NCBI RefSeq assembly: GCF_009914755.1 | Contig: NC_060942.1 | Reading direction: 5' to 3' (one strand) | Source: the human T2T-CHM13v2.0 reference genome, Homo sapiens | Length of the DNA stretch: 64,000 bases | In this document: one piece after another, positions 1-15,869 of the stretch | Layout: every line of letters begins with the position of its first letter | Numbering within the stretch: position 1 is the stretch's first letter | Notes under the pieces: generated by a model | What the model saw: only the letters and a program-made list of their open reading frames with translations | Database searches by the model: none | Told to the model about the DNA's origin: nothing | Program-made: the position numbers and the translations under genes

Positions 1-1199
1 ACAGCAAGGCTTTGGTTTAATGGTTCCATTTTGATTTATTACCAGGTGATGTGGGGTGAAGGGTAAACTTTCTGAGCCAGGCAGGTGGGGAGAGATTGTG
101 AAATTCTCTGCTACTCAAGCGGGTCTCGGGAGCCCCTATCATCTTCCTATTCCCAGAAATGCCCAGGCCAAGAGCTGCCGCACCGCCAACCACGGGGGTG
201 ACTTTGGGCGGTCCCGCTTCCTCTCTGAGCCTCTGATTTCTCATTAGTAAAATGAGAGGATTGGCTCTTCCATCTACCACTTTCAAAGATCAGGGAACTA
301 GGGAAGATTTTCTGTTATATACTCTGAAATACTACAGTCCCACTCAGTTAATTTGAGCTTAAATTCTAGGGGTGGCCAGGTGACAGGCTGTGAAGAATCT
401 CCATTCCAGGGCAGTCAGCGGGCACATCCCAAAAGGCCACACTCTAGATGTAGCCACCACACATCCTTCTGCTATCACATTTCAATCAATCACCATGTCT
501 AGGCTAACTAACAGACTGAATGTCAAATGAGTTTTTATTGGTGACTTGTGAAATTGCAGGATGCATGTTAGAAGTTGGATCTCTTTGGTTAAATGATGGG
601 TATTCAAGATTTAGGGGTAGGCTAGAGACACTCCTCACTCTTGCCAGAACACGCCAGAGCAAGAATCTGGAGTGCCCTATAACCTGCACCGTGAGGGAGG
701 GTGCCCAAGGCTGGATCCTAATTTGGCCTGGTGTCCAGCCGATGGTGGAAGAGGACATCTGGTTGTAAAAAGCTGACTAGAAGCACGAACTCCTGCCTCT
801 GAATGCTGCAATGAATGAACCTTGTATACAGGCAGCCTCAAGTAACCCTGCCTTACAGGTGTGATCAGAACCCCTAAAAGGCAAGAGTGCTGAAACCTCA
901 TCAAGCTTACCAAGCCAGTTCTGGACCAGCTTGCCGCTGAAAGCTTGTCTAATAAGTGGCAGCACGTGGGCTGAATGAACTGCTTTCTCTATCACCTGTA
1001 GCCACCACAACCTTCTTGGGCAACTAATTGTTATCTACCAAAAAGAATCTAAATGTGGCATAGAATCCTAAGTCATTTTCTAACTCTGAGTCTTATATAT
1101 TTCTGATTCCTTTAAACAAAAATTCATCTAAACATCATTTGTTAAACACCCACTATGTTTCAGACACTCCCTGAGATTACAGAGATTTACAGAAGAATA

Positions 1200-2210
1200 A
1201 AATGTCTTTTGGGGGCCCAGCCCAAACATACAGCTGCCTACTTGCCTTTTCCACATATGTGTCTAAGGGTATCTCTGACTTATATTACCAAAATGAAAAT
1301 CTTAATTTTCACCCCACATGCATGTTCTTCCCCAAATCTTAACCATATTGATACATAGCATCACCACTTACCATCAAGCCGAAATCCTAGGCTAGGCATC
1401 ATCCTTGATTCCTCTATTTCCCTCAATTCTGTTTTTCTTTTTTTTTTTTTTCTTTTGAGATGGAGTCTCACTCTGTCACCCAGCCTGGAGTGCAATGGTG
1501 TGATCTCGGCTCACTGCAACCTCCGCCTCCAAGGTTCAAGCCATTCTCCTGCCTCAGCCTCCTGAGTAGCCGGGACTACAGGCACGCGCCACCACGCCCA
1601 GCTAATTTTTGTATTTTTAGTAGAGACGGGGTGTCACCATATTGGCCAGGCTGGTCTCGAACTCCTGACCTCAGGTGATCTGCCCGCCTCGGCCTCCCAA
1701 AGTGCTGTGATTACAGGTACGAGCCACCGAGCCTGGCCTATTTTTTTTTTTAAATTTTTTTAAGAAATAGAGATGGGGTTTTACCATGTTGCCCAGGCTG
1801 GTCTCAAACTCCTGGACTCAAGCGATCCGCCATCTCGGCCTCCCAGACTGCTGGGATTACAGGTGTGAGCCACCGCGCCCAGCCCATTTTCCTCAATTCT
1901 CAATTCTAATCCATCAGCAAAGCCTAATAGTTCAATCTCCAAGGCACATCCCAAATCAGGCACCTTTTCCATCTCCAGTGGTGCCACCCTCCACCAGCCC
2001 CAGCCATTTCCTGCTGGGCTACTGCAAAAACCACCTGCTTGGTCTCTCCACTTCCATTTATTTGACCTCATCTCTTCCTGCCCTTCTCCTTTCTTACTTT
2101 GAGCTCCCGACCTCAATCCCTTCTTTCTGTTCCTCAAACATGCTGTGCTTATTCTCACCTCAGGCTATTTGAAGCTACTGGCTCCTTCCCTGGAAGGCTC
2201 TACCCCTGAC
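1200..2210 (+). mobile_element. Old L2 fragment interrupted by a minus-strand AluS (1432-1737) and an Alu monomer (1740-1884)
   Basis: L2-like motifs catccttgattcctct...ccatcagcaa...ggtctc; Alu consensus with poly-T. L2 strand is uncertain. Confidence 0.6.
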
Positions 2211-2383
2211 ATTCACCTCAGGCCCAAAATTTAAATAAGCACCAAGAAAACTTAGTACTCAAGACATTAGGACAATAATTTAATGCAATAGCAAAAAAAA
2301 AAAAAAAAAAAAAGGTCCATGACGAAAAAAAACACAAATTTAAATAAAGACAGGATTCAGGAGTGCCATGCTAAGCCATATAG

Positions 2384-2725
<342 letters not shown>

Positions 2726-2727
2726 TA

Positions 2728-3387
<660 letters not shown>

Positions 3388-6134
3388 TAACTTTTCCCAG
3401 GATCTTAAAGGAGTTAAAAAATATTGAAAAATTTTAAAGTGGGTTGTTAAAATGCACATTATGTTAAGCTTAAATATTTTATTATACTTGTGTTAAGGGA
3501 TCTCCAGGACTCCAGGTTTGAGGATTTGCTAGAAGGACTCATAGAATTCAAAAAAGCTGTTATAGTCATGGTTTTGGCTTATTACAATGAAAGGATGCAG
3601 ATTACAATCAGCAAAGGAAAAAAAGTGCACAGGGCAGAGTCCAGAAGAGACGAGACATAAGCTTCCATTGTCCTTAACAAGGAGAATTGTAGGGAGAGCA
3701 CCCAGCAATGATGTGTGACAACATGGAGGAAGTATTGCCAAGCAGGGAAGCTCACCCAAACTTGCAAGGTTTTCACTGGGGGCCAGTCTTCATTTCTCCC
3801 ACCTCCAGAGGTGAAATGAATACAGCATGGCCCAGGCTCCCAGGTGAACAACAACAGGTTTCAACAAAAATTACATCGTTAGTATAAATCCGGGATAGGC
3901 CAGGTGCAGTAGCTCATGCCTGTAATCCCAGTGCTCTGAGGGGCTGAGGCAGGAGGACTGCTTGAGGCTGGGAGTTCGAGACCAGCCTGGGCACAGAACA
4001 AGATCCTGCCTATACAAAAAATTTTTTAAATTAGCTGGGTGTAGTGGCATGTTCCCATAGTCTTAACTACTCAGGAATCTGAGGCAAGAGGATGGCTTCA
4101 GCCCAGGAATTCGAGGCTGCAGTGAACTATGATCGTGTCACTGCACTCCAGCCTGGGCAACGGAGTGAGACTCCATCTCTAAAATAAAAAATAAGAAGCT
4201 ATCTAGGGTAGTCCAAGTCTCTAGGAAGACAAAGACACTCATATCAGGCAGAATTCCAAGAACTCACAGGTTATATCTCCCGGGAGCCTCAAGGGTCCAT
4301 CCTTTCTTTGGAATGTGCAGGGTTGGACACCTCAAGCCTGCTCAATTAACCTTTAACTGCATAATAACAAAACCAGAAGTTAGTATAACTTCACTGGCTT
4401 TAATGAAGCAAGCTCATCAATAATATTTTCTGGATCAATCAATAATATCTACTTCTGGAAAAAGTTAACCACTGAAGAAATACATTAAGGCATGTCTATA
4501 CAGACACACGTTTTTCTTTTGGCCTCTGATTCCAACATGGTTGAGCATAGCACTGCCAGATCCTGTCTTTATTTAAAATTTTGATATTTCATGCTTTGTG
4601 GACTTTTTGCATTAATTTTGATTTTTAAAAATATTATTGATCCATAGACTGGGCGCAGTGGCCCTATAACCCTCAAGCCTGTGATTTCTCATCTTTCCAG
4701 CCTAATCAGAATAGTACATAATCAGGAATGCCTCTGATAACCGTATCTGTTATTGCATTCTCTCCATTTCTCTTTCATTGTATCACTTCACATTCTAAAA
4801 TGATCTCATTTCTATCTCATAATTTCCCGTCTACCCCTTCCACTCAACTCAAATACAGGCTCCCTGAAGCAGAGAGCTTGTCTGTCTTGCTCACTGCTAA
4901 ACTCTCAGATGACAGAAGAGTGTCCCTCACATGGTTGATGGTAAAATGTCAGTTGCACTGACTCTGCATGGAGGCTGAAACCCTGCATGGTTACAGACAC
5001 AAAGGGCAGCCACACAGCTGAGGTTTCTCCTGGTGTCGTTTATTGCCAAGCGGCCTCCATGGCTGGGGGATCCAAAGGCTAAAAGGACCCACAGAGATAA
5101 GTCTAGATGGAATATTTAAGATGAAGGATACCTCCAGCTCTTTCCAATGTTACTGATTTAACAAGAGCTATTTACAGAGTGTGCCGTCAAGTTGCACTCA
5201 TGTCAAAGTGCAGAAACTACTGGTTTGCATATTCAAACTTTGCATAAATCAACTTAGCTTCGGAGCTTATGAAGAGATACATTGGCCCTGGTTCTGGTCT
5301 GTCCTGGGGAAATGATTTATTCTTTTTCTATGGTGATTTGTATTTCTAGGTATCCATTATTAAAATATGAACATTACTAAAGGGAAAGTGCGTGAACAAA
5401 GTTATCCAACATTAACATTTTCATTTTCATGCCTGTGCGTCTGAGTGTTATTTCACTTTCTTGTACTTGGCTGGTCATAACTCTCCATTATTCCCAGGCT
5501 GAGTGTTGTTCCTGGGGTGTGACCCCCACCGTTGTCCTTATGGCCTCCTATCCCAGGGCTCCGAACACTTCCTAACTCCAGACATGCCATTGGCCAGGAA
5601 TTCTCCTTCCTGTTTTCTAGACCTCCCCATGCACACACCCTCTAAGGGTTTCCATCTCACTTCGTAAGGACTTTGCCTTCTACTCTGAGTGAGATTCAAC
5701 TCATGGATCTGGAAACAGACAGCATCTCACTCAGGGTACACAGCAAAGTCTTTTTACAATGGCTTGGCTCCAACAGCCCCCTTATCCCCTCCTCTCCAGT
5801 CCCCTTGCTGTTCCTTGAATGCCTCATGGTCTGGCCAGCTTCAGTGCCTCTGCCTTTCCTGGCTTCAAGGTTTTCACCCTCTCACCTTCTCAGGGGTCTT
5901 CTCAGTGAGGGCTTCCCTGCTTGCCTCACTTACATTGCATGGCCCCTTGGCACTCCACATCCCCTGGCCCCTTTATTTTCCTCTATGTCATTATCACCAT
6001 CTAGCATATTATGTATTTATTTGGTTATTTTTTTCCCAATCCCCTTGCTAAAATATAAGCCGTTTTATTCTCTAACTTGTAGGGACTTCTTCAACTCCAG
6101 CCTGATTCTTTCCAGCATGCAGGATAGTTTGGAT

Positions 6135-6942
<808 letters not shown>

Positions 6943-8621
6943 GGTGACGTCTGAGGGTGGTTTTGTCCAATGGCAGTTCCGTTCCACCAAGACAAAGATA
7001 CGGGGCTGGAGATGTTGTTTCTGTTTGTTTGTTTGTTTTTTTAAATAGAGATAGGGTTTCCTATGTTGCTTAAGCTGGTCCTGAACTCCTGGCCTCAAAT
7101 GATCCTCCCACCTCAGCCTCCCAAAGTTCTGGGATTATAGGCGTGAGTCACGATGCCTGGCCAGCTGCCATAGTTATATAAGACACAAAGTCTTCCTTCC
7201 TTTCTTCACCCATTTATTCAACAAACACTCCTAGAGCCAGGCATTTGCTAAGCACTGCAGAACAAAAAAAAAAAAAAAAAAAAATGATAGGCAGGACCTC
7301 TACCCCAGGGTGCTCCCAGGCTAGTGAAGAAAAGCAAATAACATCACTACGTGATTAGTCCCAAGAGAGCCCACACAGACGGAGGTGGTGCCCCCGCTCC
7401 AGAGCCATCTATAAGCACCCACCTGCTGGTGCCTCCAGTAATCTTTGCATGCCCACCCTTGCCAGCCTGGGAGTGTGGGGAGGCATATCATTTAGGATTA
7501 CATTTTTATGCTCTAGCTAAAAGTTTATGGTCTCCTTCTATTTTAACATGTGTTACTCCATAAATTAGGCTGAAAAATCCTCACACATCTAAGTTGTCAT
7601 CGGACTCAAGCATTTTGCCACTCCTGCTCAAGCTGATCTTAAAGCTTATTCCGCAAGTGGTTGCAGAAGTAACTGTCCAGCTCCTGGCTCGCCACTCCTC
7701 AAACCCCAGGAACCGCTCACAGCAAGCCAGGCCCCAGGAGCTGCACAGTTTTAAAGGCAAAGTCAGTAAGTGGTCCCACCCAGTCTTGATGCTCCTCTCC
7801 CCTTGAACTTTACTCTACTTCCAGTAGTTGGGATCCTGTGCTATTCCTTACAACAAGCCTCTGTCAGTCTGGTCATATAACTCAATCCTTCTCTTGTCTC
7901 TAGTGCCCTCATCTTTATCCAATTCCCTGTTATGTCCAGGTTTCCTGGAGACCAGATTCACCGTACTCATCACAGTCTTCCCTCCATCTCTGATCTTATC
8001 TGCACACCCAGGTTTCATGACTTGGTCCCAATGTTTGCAGCAGATTCTCCTTGATGCCTGGACCTGCTCATATCTTGCTTCCAGATTCCTGCTGCTGTGA
8101 TTTGCTCACCTGTCAGGATTCCCGTTAAGCATTGTTGGGACCTTCCCAGACTTCTTGCTTTCCCCAGGGGGCATCTGCCTGGATTTAGCATCAGGGGTTC
8201 TTAATCAATGTCCCAAGGCACACTAGAGGCAGCACTGTGAACTGTCCCTGTTGCGCCACCAAATGTGATTATGTAAATCACATGCCTCAAATGGAACACT
8301 TATTTTTGTTACCACTGAAGATACAGTTTTATGAACATGATGCCACTTGCTTCATCCGGGAGGTAAGAAATGGGATAAAATGTTTGCTAGAACATTCCAG
8401 GCTGGGAGTGTGGACAGTGCACTCAAGCACTCTACGCACATCCTGGTGATCAAGTGAGCCTCATGCTAGCCTGGATGCTTTTATAGACACTTGGAAGCAT
8501 TGTGAGGCCACATAGTAATGGCCGAATTGTAATCCCCGCTGACTTGTCTAGCGATGTTTTGTGCCTTTTAATCCCTGCATATGTGTCAACAAATATTCTG
8601 ATATTTAAAGTGTGACTTGAG

Positions 8622-8915
8622 ACTGGATATGGTGGTTTACTCCTGTAATCCCGGCACTTTGTGAGGTCAAGGCAGGAGGATCACTTGAGCCTAGGAGTTC
8701 AAGATCAGACTGGGCAAATGTAGTGAGATCCCATATCTATAGAAAATGAAAAAATTAGCTGGGCATGGTGGCACACACCTATAGTCCCAGCTACTCAGAA
8801 GGCTGAGGTAGGAGAATCGACTGAGCCCAGGAAGTCAAGGCTGCAGTGAGCTGTGATCGTGCCACTGCACTCCAGCCTGGGTGACAGAGTCAGACCCTGT
8901 CTCAAAAAAATTACA
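8622..8915 (+). mobile_element. AluJ
   Basis: Diverged Alu dimer; flanking TSD-like taaagtgtgacttga. Confidence 0.85.
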
Positions 8916-10789
8916 TTAAATTAAAGTGTGACTTGAAACCTAGACCAAAGAGTTCAAGAAACATAACAGGGTCAGGTTTGTCCTCCTGTAACTGAGCCCT
9001 GGAGCCATCAATCAGCCCCTTCTCTCTGAAGTTAATCAGTAGCATGGACTGGGATAGTGCTGGGTACATGGAAACCACTATCAGATATTGAAATGCATGT
9101 TCCCTTGACCAGAAATTCCACTTTAGGAATTCACTTTCCTGATATACTCATAAATGTATATATATGGACTTTCATGTATATGTATTCACTTTCCTGATAT
9201 ACACACAAATGAGTCAACTGTGTGGATTTATTCCCAGCAACATAACTGGAAATAACAAAAGCCTGGAAACCACCCACATGTCCATCTCCAGGAGTGCCCT
9301 GGTGGCACAAAAACCTAAGGAGGTTTGTCTATGGAGGTACTGGCCCACATCTGGGTCATGGCCGCATCAGAGATTAGTTTGCCAGAACATTTCTGGTGAG
9401 GGTAGGGCATTTGCACACAGGACAGAGACAGGCTAGCTTGAGGACAGAAAAGAAAGGAGAACTAGCTGGAGTTGGAGGGAGGTGGTAACTAAGAGTCTCT
9501 GTGGGAGAAAAAGGGCATGAAAGGCATGCGTCCAGGAGTGGGACCCTGCCCACTGGGCAGCCAGGAGCAGCTTTACATACTGGGCTGGGAAGAGAGACAA
9601 ATGGCATAAGAGGGGAGGGTGTCTGAAGGCGGACACAGGAACTGACAGAGAGAAAACTTGATTTTTATTTCCCCATTGTAACTTGGGTGGCTGGGAGACT
9701 CCTCTTGCAGGAAAGAGAATTTCACTGCTAAGTGATAGAAGAGGCCACCTCTTCCTGACAGCGGAGATACCTGTATTTACCCTTGATTTTGGCCAAAAGG
9801 CCAAGAAGCAATTGGAAATGTCTGTATTTAGCACACATTGTTGGGAAAGCGCATTCAATCTGAGTGATTTCGTCCCTTGCATTTTTGCTGCACGTGAATT
9901 TCTCTAGTTCTTGGCCCCAGACTTGGAATTTGACTAGTAGCATTTACCATGAAATGATTTGTTATTTTTTTTAATTGCCCTAAATCCTTGCCTGGATCCA
10001 TTTTTCCCTCCAGGGTTTTCCACAAATCACTCTTGAGCTGCCTCCAGCACCTCTCATCTGACTCTGCAGTTGGTCCTTTAAGAAAACAGCTGGGGTGGCC
10101 ACAGCTGGCTCCTGAGAGAGAGGCCTTGAAAGCCAGGTCCTGCAGGGGCAGAGCAAAGTAGCTCAGTTTCCAATGCAGGGAGAGGCATATGCCCACATGC
10201 ATATTAGGGCATGATTAGTGGCATGCTAAGTTCACACACATACACACAGACACACACACCCCAGGCTAGTCCACTGCAGACTGACCACTCTGCAAGAAAA
10301 AAATGGTACCTCTCTCCCAGTCTTGCTTACACTGTAGCTGTAAATGTAGAGTTGAGAATTGAATTCATTCACCACTCCCAGACTTTTTCTTCTCCACCTC
10401 CTCTTCTTCCATATGGCTCAGGACCATTAAGCATTTATTCAAAGCCAACCATGTGCTCGGTGTTCATTTTAAATACATGGCCACATTTTCACATGAAGAT
10501 TCCCACCAAAATGGGATTTTTAGTTTTTGCTTTTGCTTATTGACTGAACTACTTATTCCCTGCCAGTGATTTAAGAGACTATAAATCATGTAGTTCAAAA
10601 TTCTGCAAGCCCCCAAAAAAGTTTCTAGAAGCACCGCTTCAGCGTGGCACCTTAGAAAGGGCATGGAATTTGGAGCCAAATATGCTGAGTTCAAATCTTG
10701 ACCTTCCTACCTGTGCCATCTGGAGCCAGGGACTTAGTCACTCTGGTCCTGGGTTTCTTCCTTTGTAAATTTGTTTAATAATCTTTTCC

Positions 10790-11190
10790 TACAAAAGAAT
10801 GGATACACTGTGGCATACTGAAACACAATGAAACATTACCCAGTACTCACAAAGAATGAGCTGCTAAAATATGCAGCAACATGATGAATCGCATAGACAT
10901 TATGTTGAGTGAAAGAAACCAGGCACAGAGGACTGCATTCTGTATGATTCTGTTTACATGAAGTCCAAGAGCCAGTAAGATGAATGGATGGTGTTAGAAG
11001 TCAGAAGAGTGGTTATTTCTGAGGGTACAATGACTGGAAAGGGGCGTGAGAGAACCTTGTGAGATGCTGGAAATGCTCTGTATCTTCAGCTGGTGGGGCT
11101 ATACAGGAGCAAACATAGGTAAAACTTCACCAAGCTGTACACTTGACACGTTTTACTGCATGCATGTTATACCTCAATTTAAAAAAGGAA
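10790..11190 (+). mobile_element. Old L1M 3' end fragment
   Basis: gacattatgttgagtgaaagaaaccaggcac...ttatacctcaatttaaaaaa. Confidence 0.65.
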
Positions 11191-13024
11191 AAGCATCCCT
11201 GTCTAGTGCCTATGGGCTATGGTGAGGACCAAGTAAAACTAGACAGGCTTGCAAAACACCAAACAAATGTGCATTGCTATTGTTAAGGAATAATGATGGC
11301 ATCAAAAAGATGTTAGATCCTTGAGGGAAAAAAAAAATTGTTCTTCCAGACCAGAATGAACTTAACTAGGAATAGAAACTGAGCACTTCTGGGAAATTAC
11401 ACAATTTCACTGGAAGAATATGATACGTATTATGGGCTGCAATGCTTCAGTTGTTGAGATGCAGCACTTAGCATTTGTAGAGTGCCAGCCCTCTGCTGTA
11501 TCATCTCATTTAATTTTGCAACAGTCAAGGCGGGGTTGACTCTGCTGCTCTGGATAATATGGCCTCTCGACTGGACTTCGACGCTGCTGCTCTGCAGGCA
11601 CCCTGCTGCCTGTTACTAATGGTGTGGCATCCTCTTCCTTAAGCTACGAGTCCAAATGATTACCTCTAATAGTGTAAACAATACAGTCAAGACCGTGCCC
11701 TTAGTGAGAAAGGAGGTGCAATAGGTTGGTTATGAATCATGCCCAACGTGGGGTCTGCAGTTACTGAAATTCTGCAGGCAATTAATTTCTCTTGAAGTCT
11801 GGTGAGATATAGGAGACTCCCTTTTTCTCATTTGTGAATGGGTCTTTCTGGTCTGTCTGAGAATGAATGCTCTGATCTCCTGCCCCCAAGATAGATTTCT
11901 CCAACTGAGTCAAGTCCATTTCTCACTGTGACCTGCCCCAACACTCAACTCCAAATGCCTTCTTCCTTCTCTAGGCCATCGACAGTCCACCCAACCTGTA
12001 AGTCCAGCTCCAGTGCACCTTTTTCCTGGAAGACTTCCAGAACTGATGGTCCCAGCCATGATAAACCTCTCCCTTTTCCAAAAAAACCCAAGCAGCAGTG
12101 GCGTGACTCTAAAGTGTGACTTGCATAGTACCACCCTCTGTCAAGTTACCAAAAGCTCCTCCTCCAAGCCACTCAAAATAAACACAAAATCTAAACAAAA
12201 CAGCATACTGCTATTCAAACGCAGCCTCAAGAAACATTCCGTAACACTGTCTTCCAGCCAGATGCCCTTTTAAACGCAGGCTACATACAAATTCTGAAGC
12301 CTTCTTAGCACAAGTAAGTCTGTTGCATGCACTTACTGTATTTCACACTCATTAGATACTGACTTGCATTATTCTTAATTATTTCTTGTCCTAGGTTTTG
12401 ATCTTCAGTGAGACTACAAATTCCACCAGGGCAGAAATTATGTCGTTTTTACTCTGTATGCCCCATAGGGCTTAGCAGAGGGTTCACACAGCTGAGATTG
12501 CACTAGTTACCAAAAAGTTTTGAGATGCTCTGCTAAAAATATACTATATACATTCAGCAAATGAATTTTATTCATATTATTTGTGGTAGCAATGCTGATA
12601 ATGATAATGAATACTTTTTAGTGTCCTTATAATTGTATTTGTTATTGATTTCTCCAGTTGTTAAGTGCAATTTATAAAAAGCCAACTGGACTTTAAACTG
12701 CACTGATGCTATTTTCCAAGGTAGTTTTGTACTTTTTCATTACATGTTTAAAAACTGTACTCAGCACATTTTGTAGGCTGATGAAATAAACTGCTCAAAA
12801 AAATAAAAAGAAAAAAAGGAAAGAAAAACCCCACTGGCATCTGTAGCATTCACGTTAAAAAACATGTTTCATTTCCAATCACACACCTCCCCAGTTTAGA
12901 ATAAAGTTATTTCCCCTTCTGTCCAAATTGCAATTGCAATTTATTTACACACTGGGTAATTAGTGTTTTTCATATTCTTCCTTGAGTGGACAGCTGTGAG
13001 GTTAGTATTAACCCTGTCTATAGC

Positions 13025-13332
13025 ACAGGTTCACTGTTCTTTATCCAAATCCCTCGGGGCCAGATGGGTTTTTGGAATTTTGCATTTTTTTGATTCTAGA
13101 AAGGTGGTATGATGCCTAAACTATAGATTTTATAACACTTCCTGCCAGAGCTGGGGTGGTGGCTGGTAATCAAAATCATTAATAGTGCTATAGTAAAATC
13201 TAGTGAGATAATTTTAAGTAGCTTTACTCCTGTTCAGGTCAAACTTTGCTGCTAAATGAGGGTTGGCATCACACCTTCTGGTTTCAGAGCGTTTTGGGTT
13301 TTGCAGTTTTGAGTGAGGGCTGGCAGACCCTG
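13025..13332. mobile_element. TcMar-Tigger (MER46C-like) fragment
   Basis: Recognised internal motif and weak terminal inverted ends. Confidence 0.45.
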
Positions 13333-13532
13333 GCTATCTTCTCCGGTGTACATGGACCAGGATTGGCTTCGGGATTTGTCAGAGATTTCAGATCCAGGGC
13401 CCCAGCAGCATCACATCTTTCATTCACCTGGGGATTACAATTCAATGTAGTCAACATTTGTTGAGGGGTTTCTGTGTGCCTGGCGCTGTTCTAGATGCTG
13501 CAAGAGATTTAAAGGAGAATGAAATAGGTCTC

Positions 13533-13852
13533 TGTATTAGTCAGCTTGAATTGCCATAACAAAGTTCCACAGTCTAGGTGGCTTAAACAACAGACATTTA
13601 TTTTCTCATAGTTCTGGAAGCTGGAAGATCAAGGTGCCCGCAGAGCTGGTTTCTGGGGAGTCCTGTCTGCAGTCTTCTCACTGTGTGTGCAAGAGAGAGC
13701 TCTGGTGTCTCCTCCTTTTATAAGGACACCAGCCATTTGGAGCCCATTAAACCTTCATAACCTCCCTGAAGGCTCCATTTGCAAATATAGTCACATGGAG
13801 GGCAGGGCTTCAGCAGATGAATTTTGGGAAGATACAGCTTAGTCCCTAGTAC
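13533..13852 (-). mobile_element. MLT1A-like MaLR LTR
   Basis: tgtattagtc...gccataacaaagttccacagtctaggtggcttaaacaacagacatttatt. Confidence 0.75.
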
Positions 13853-15869
13853 CCTTTCCCTCCGACAGCTCATGGTCTAGTAGCGGATGTAGGTCGGATC
13901 CCAGCTGACCTGATAAAAAAGAGAAAGAGCTGGAGAGAGTAGGGTGGCAGGCAGCCTTTAGGATGTCTGGGTAGCCTGAGTAGATGGTGTTGAGTTGGGC
14001 TCTCAGGAGAGGAAAGGCTAGAATCCACCGGGTGGCTGCAGGAGGGAGACAGCACTCTCAGTGAAGGCTTAGATGCGGGGAAATGGTGGGGCTGTCTGTT
14101 TGGAGACCAGTGACTGTCAGTTCAGCACAGCTGGATATGGGTTGCTCAGATTATCACAAAAATGAGCTAACAGTGGCCTCTGTGCATTGGCACCAAGGTT
14201 GTTTATTTATTTACTGTTGGCTGAGACTCATTAGATCAGCCCGCTGACACCATATGCAAATGTTGATATATTCAATTTTAAATATAGCCCAAACAAGCAA
14301 ATGTTTAGCCATCTAGAGCCTGCCTGCTTTGCATACCCGGTGCAACTTCATCCCACAGCTGTCCCCTGTTGATAAGATAGGCCTGGCAGTAGTGAGGTCC
14401 CAAACAGTGTGGCCCTGGGATCTCTGAACCCAAAGACACCACACTAGGCTGCCTGGTGATACATCCTCCTGTCTCCAGGAGCTCGCCTGTCCTCCTCCCC
14501 TTCTGGATGGTGGCCCCCTCATCTCCATAAACCTCCAGGGCTTATGTGGGGTTGAAGAGCGAGACATTTTGCCCCTTCCTGTCTTCTGGTCATTAAGTTA
14601 AAGATCACACCTTTGACGGTAGGTTTCCCTCTGCCTCTCTGCCAGGCTTAGAGGGATTTGAGGCTGATCAAGGAGAAAGATAGGACCACAAGGTGGCAGC
14701 AGCAAACACAGGTGCTTAATAGAGCTTTGGACAGGGTGGCTTAGGAGGGAGTCCCTCACAGCCTCTGTACGCCTCCCCACCTGGTGTGGGGGGTCAGTGC
14801 CCCTAGAGACAACCCTTGACCAAAGCGGGCAAGAGTGGGGAGATCAATGCCCCAGCATTGTGCACTTGTGCACTTCAAACTTGAGAGGCTTTCTAGACAG
14901 TTCCTCAGCAGGTCCCCAGGTGCAATGAGACCCAGTTATCTGCAGTGACAACCTCTCTGTAGCACATTCTTGTCATGGTTCCTTCCCTGCAGCCTCCCTA
15001 CCTCTGCTTCCTGGATCACTGACCACATAATCTAACTGCACCCAAGTCCTCATCTCGGGCTCTGCTTTCGGGAGAACCAAACCCAAGATGAGTTCTCATC
15101 TATAAAGGGAAGGATTTGAACTAGACACCCTCTCAGGTCCCTTTCAGCTCAGATTTTAGGGAAGAAAAATGAATCCCAGAAAGCCCAACCTGAAGTCACA
15201 CATATAGGGCAAGAACCTAGCCTGAAACTGTCTCGCTATGTCCATTTTCCCAGAACTATATCTACAAAGTCATTTCAAATAGAAGTCTCACATAGCAGTG
15301 CTTGGAAGCACTAAGCTAATAACCCTCAGCCTCTACCCAAAACACATGTCTTAGCACTTTACAAAAAAAAAAATGAAATTTGGAGGAAGCTTAGGCTCTC
15401 AGAGCCCTTGTCCAGCTGACAGCTTCACAAGAGGCATAAATGGAATCATATCTTTTTACTGTTCCCTGCGCTAACTGCGATAAAATTCCAGTTATCTCAG
15501 GGGCCTTTCTAGAGAGGAAGGTATTCTTTTTATTAGATGAAATTCTCATCTATATTCTGAGAGGCTGTTTGCCTCATATATGTAAGGTAATCAAAATATC
15601 AGAAGGATGGTTTATAGAAGGAAAAATATTCATCCCTGTGTGTAATTTATGAAATGTGCATGCATTGGTGTATTTGATGGATCTGCACCAAATGCTATGT
15701 TAGCAAGCATAAAGGTTTGGACAGAGACCACAAAATGATGGCAAGGGAGTGAAAATGCCAAGAGCATTGCTAAACAGCAAGCCTTAAAGGGCATATTGAT
15801 TGATTAAGAGTACTTTGATACCAAATTAGATTTTGGTAAGAAATCATGATAGTATGTGATGCAAAAAGT

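Noticed and set aside
8219-8237. CTCF-like motif cactagaggcagca
   Set aside because: Mismatches in the core; cannot be supported without ChIP data.
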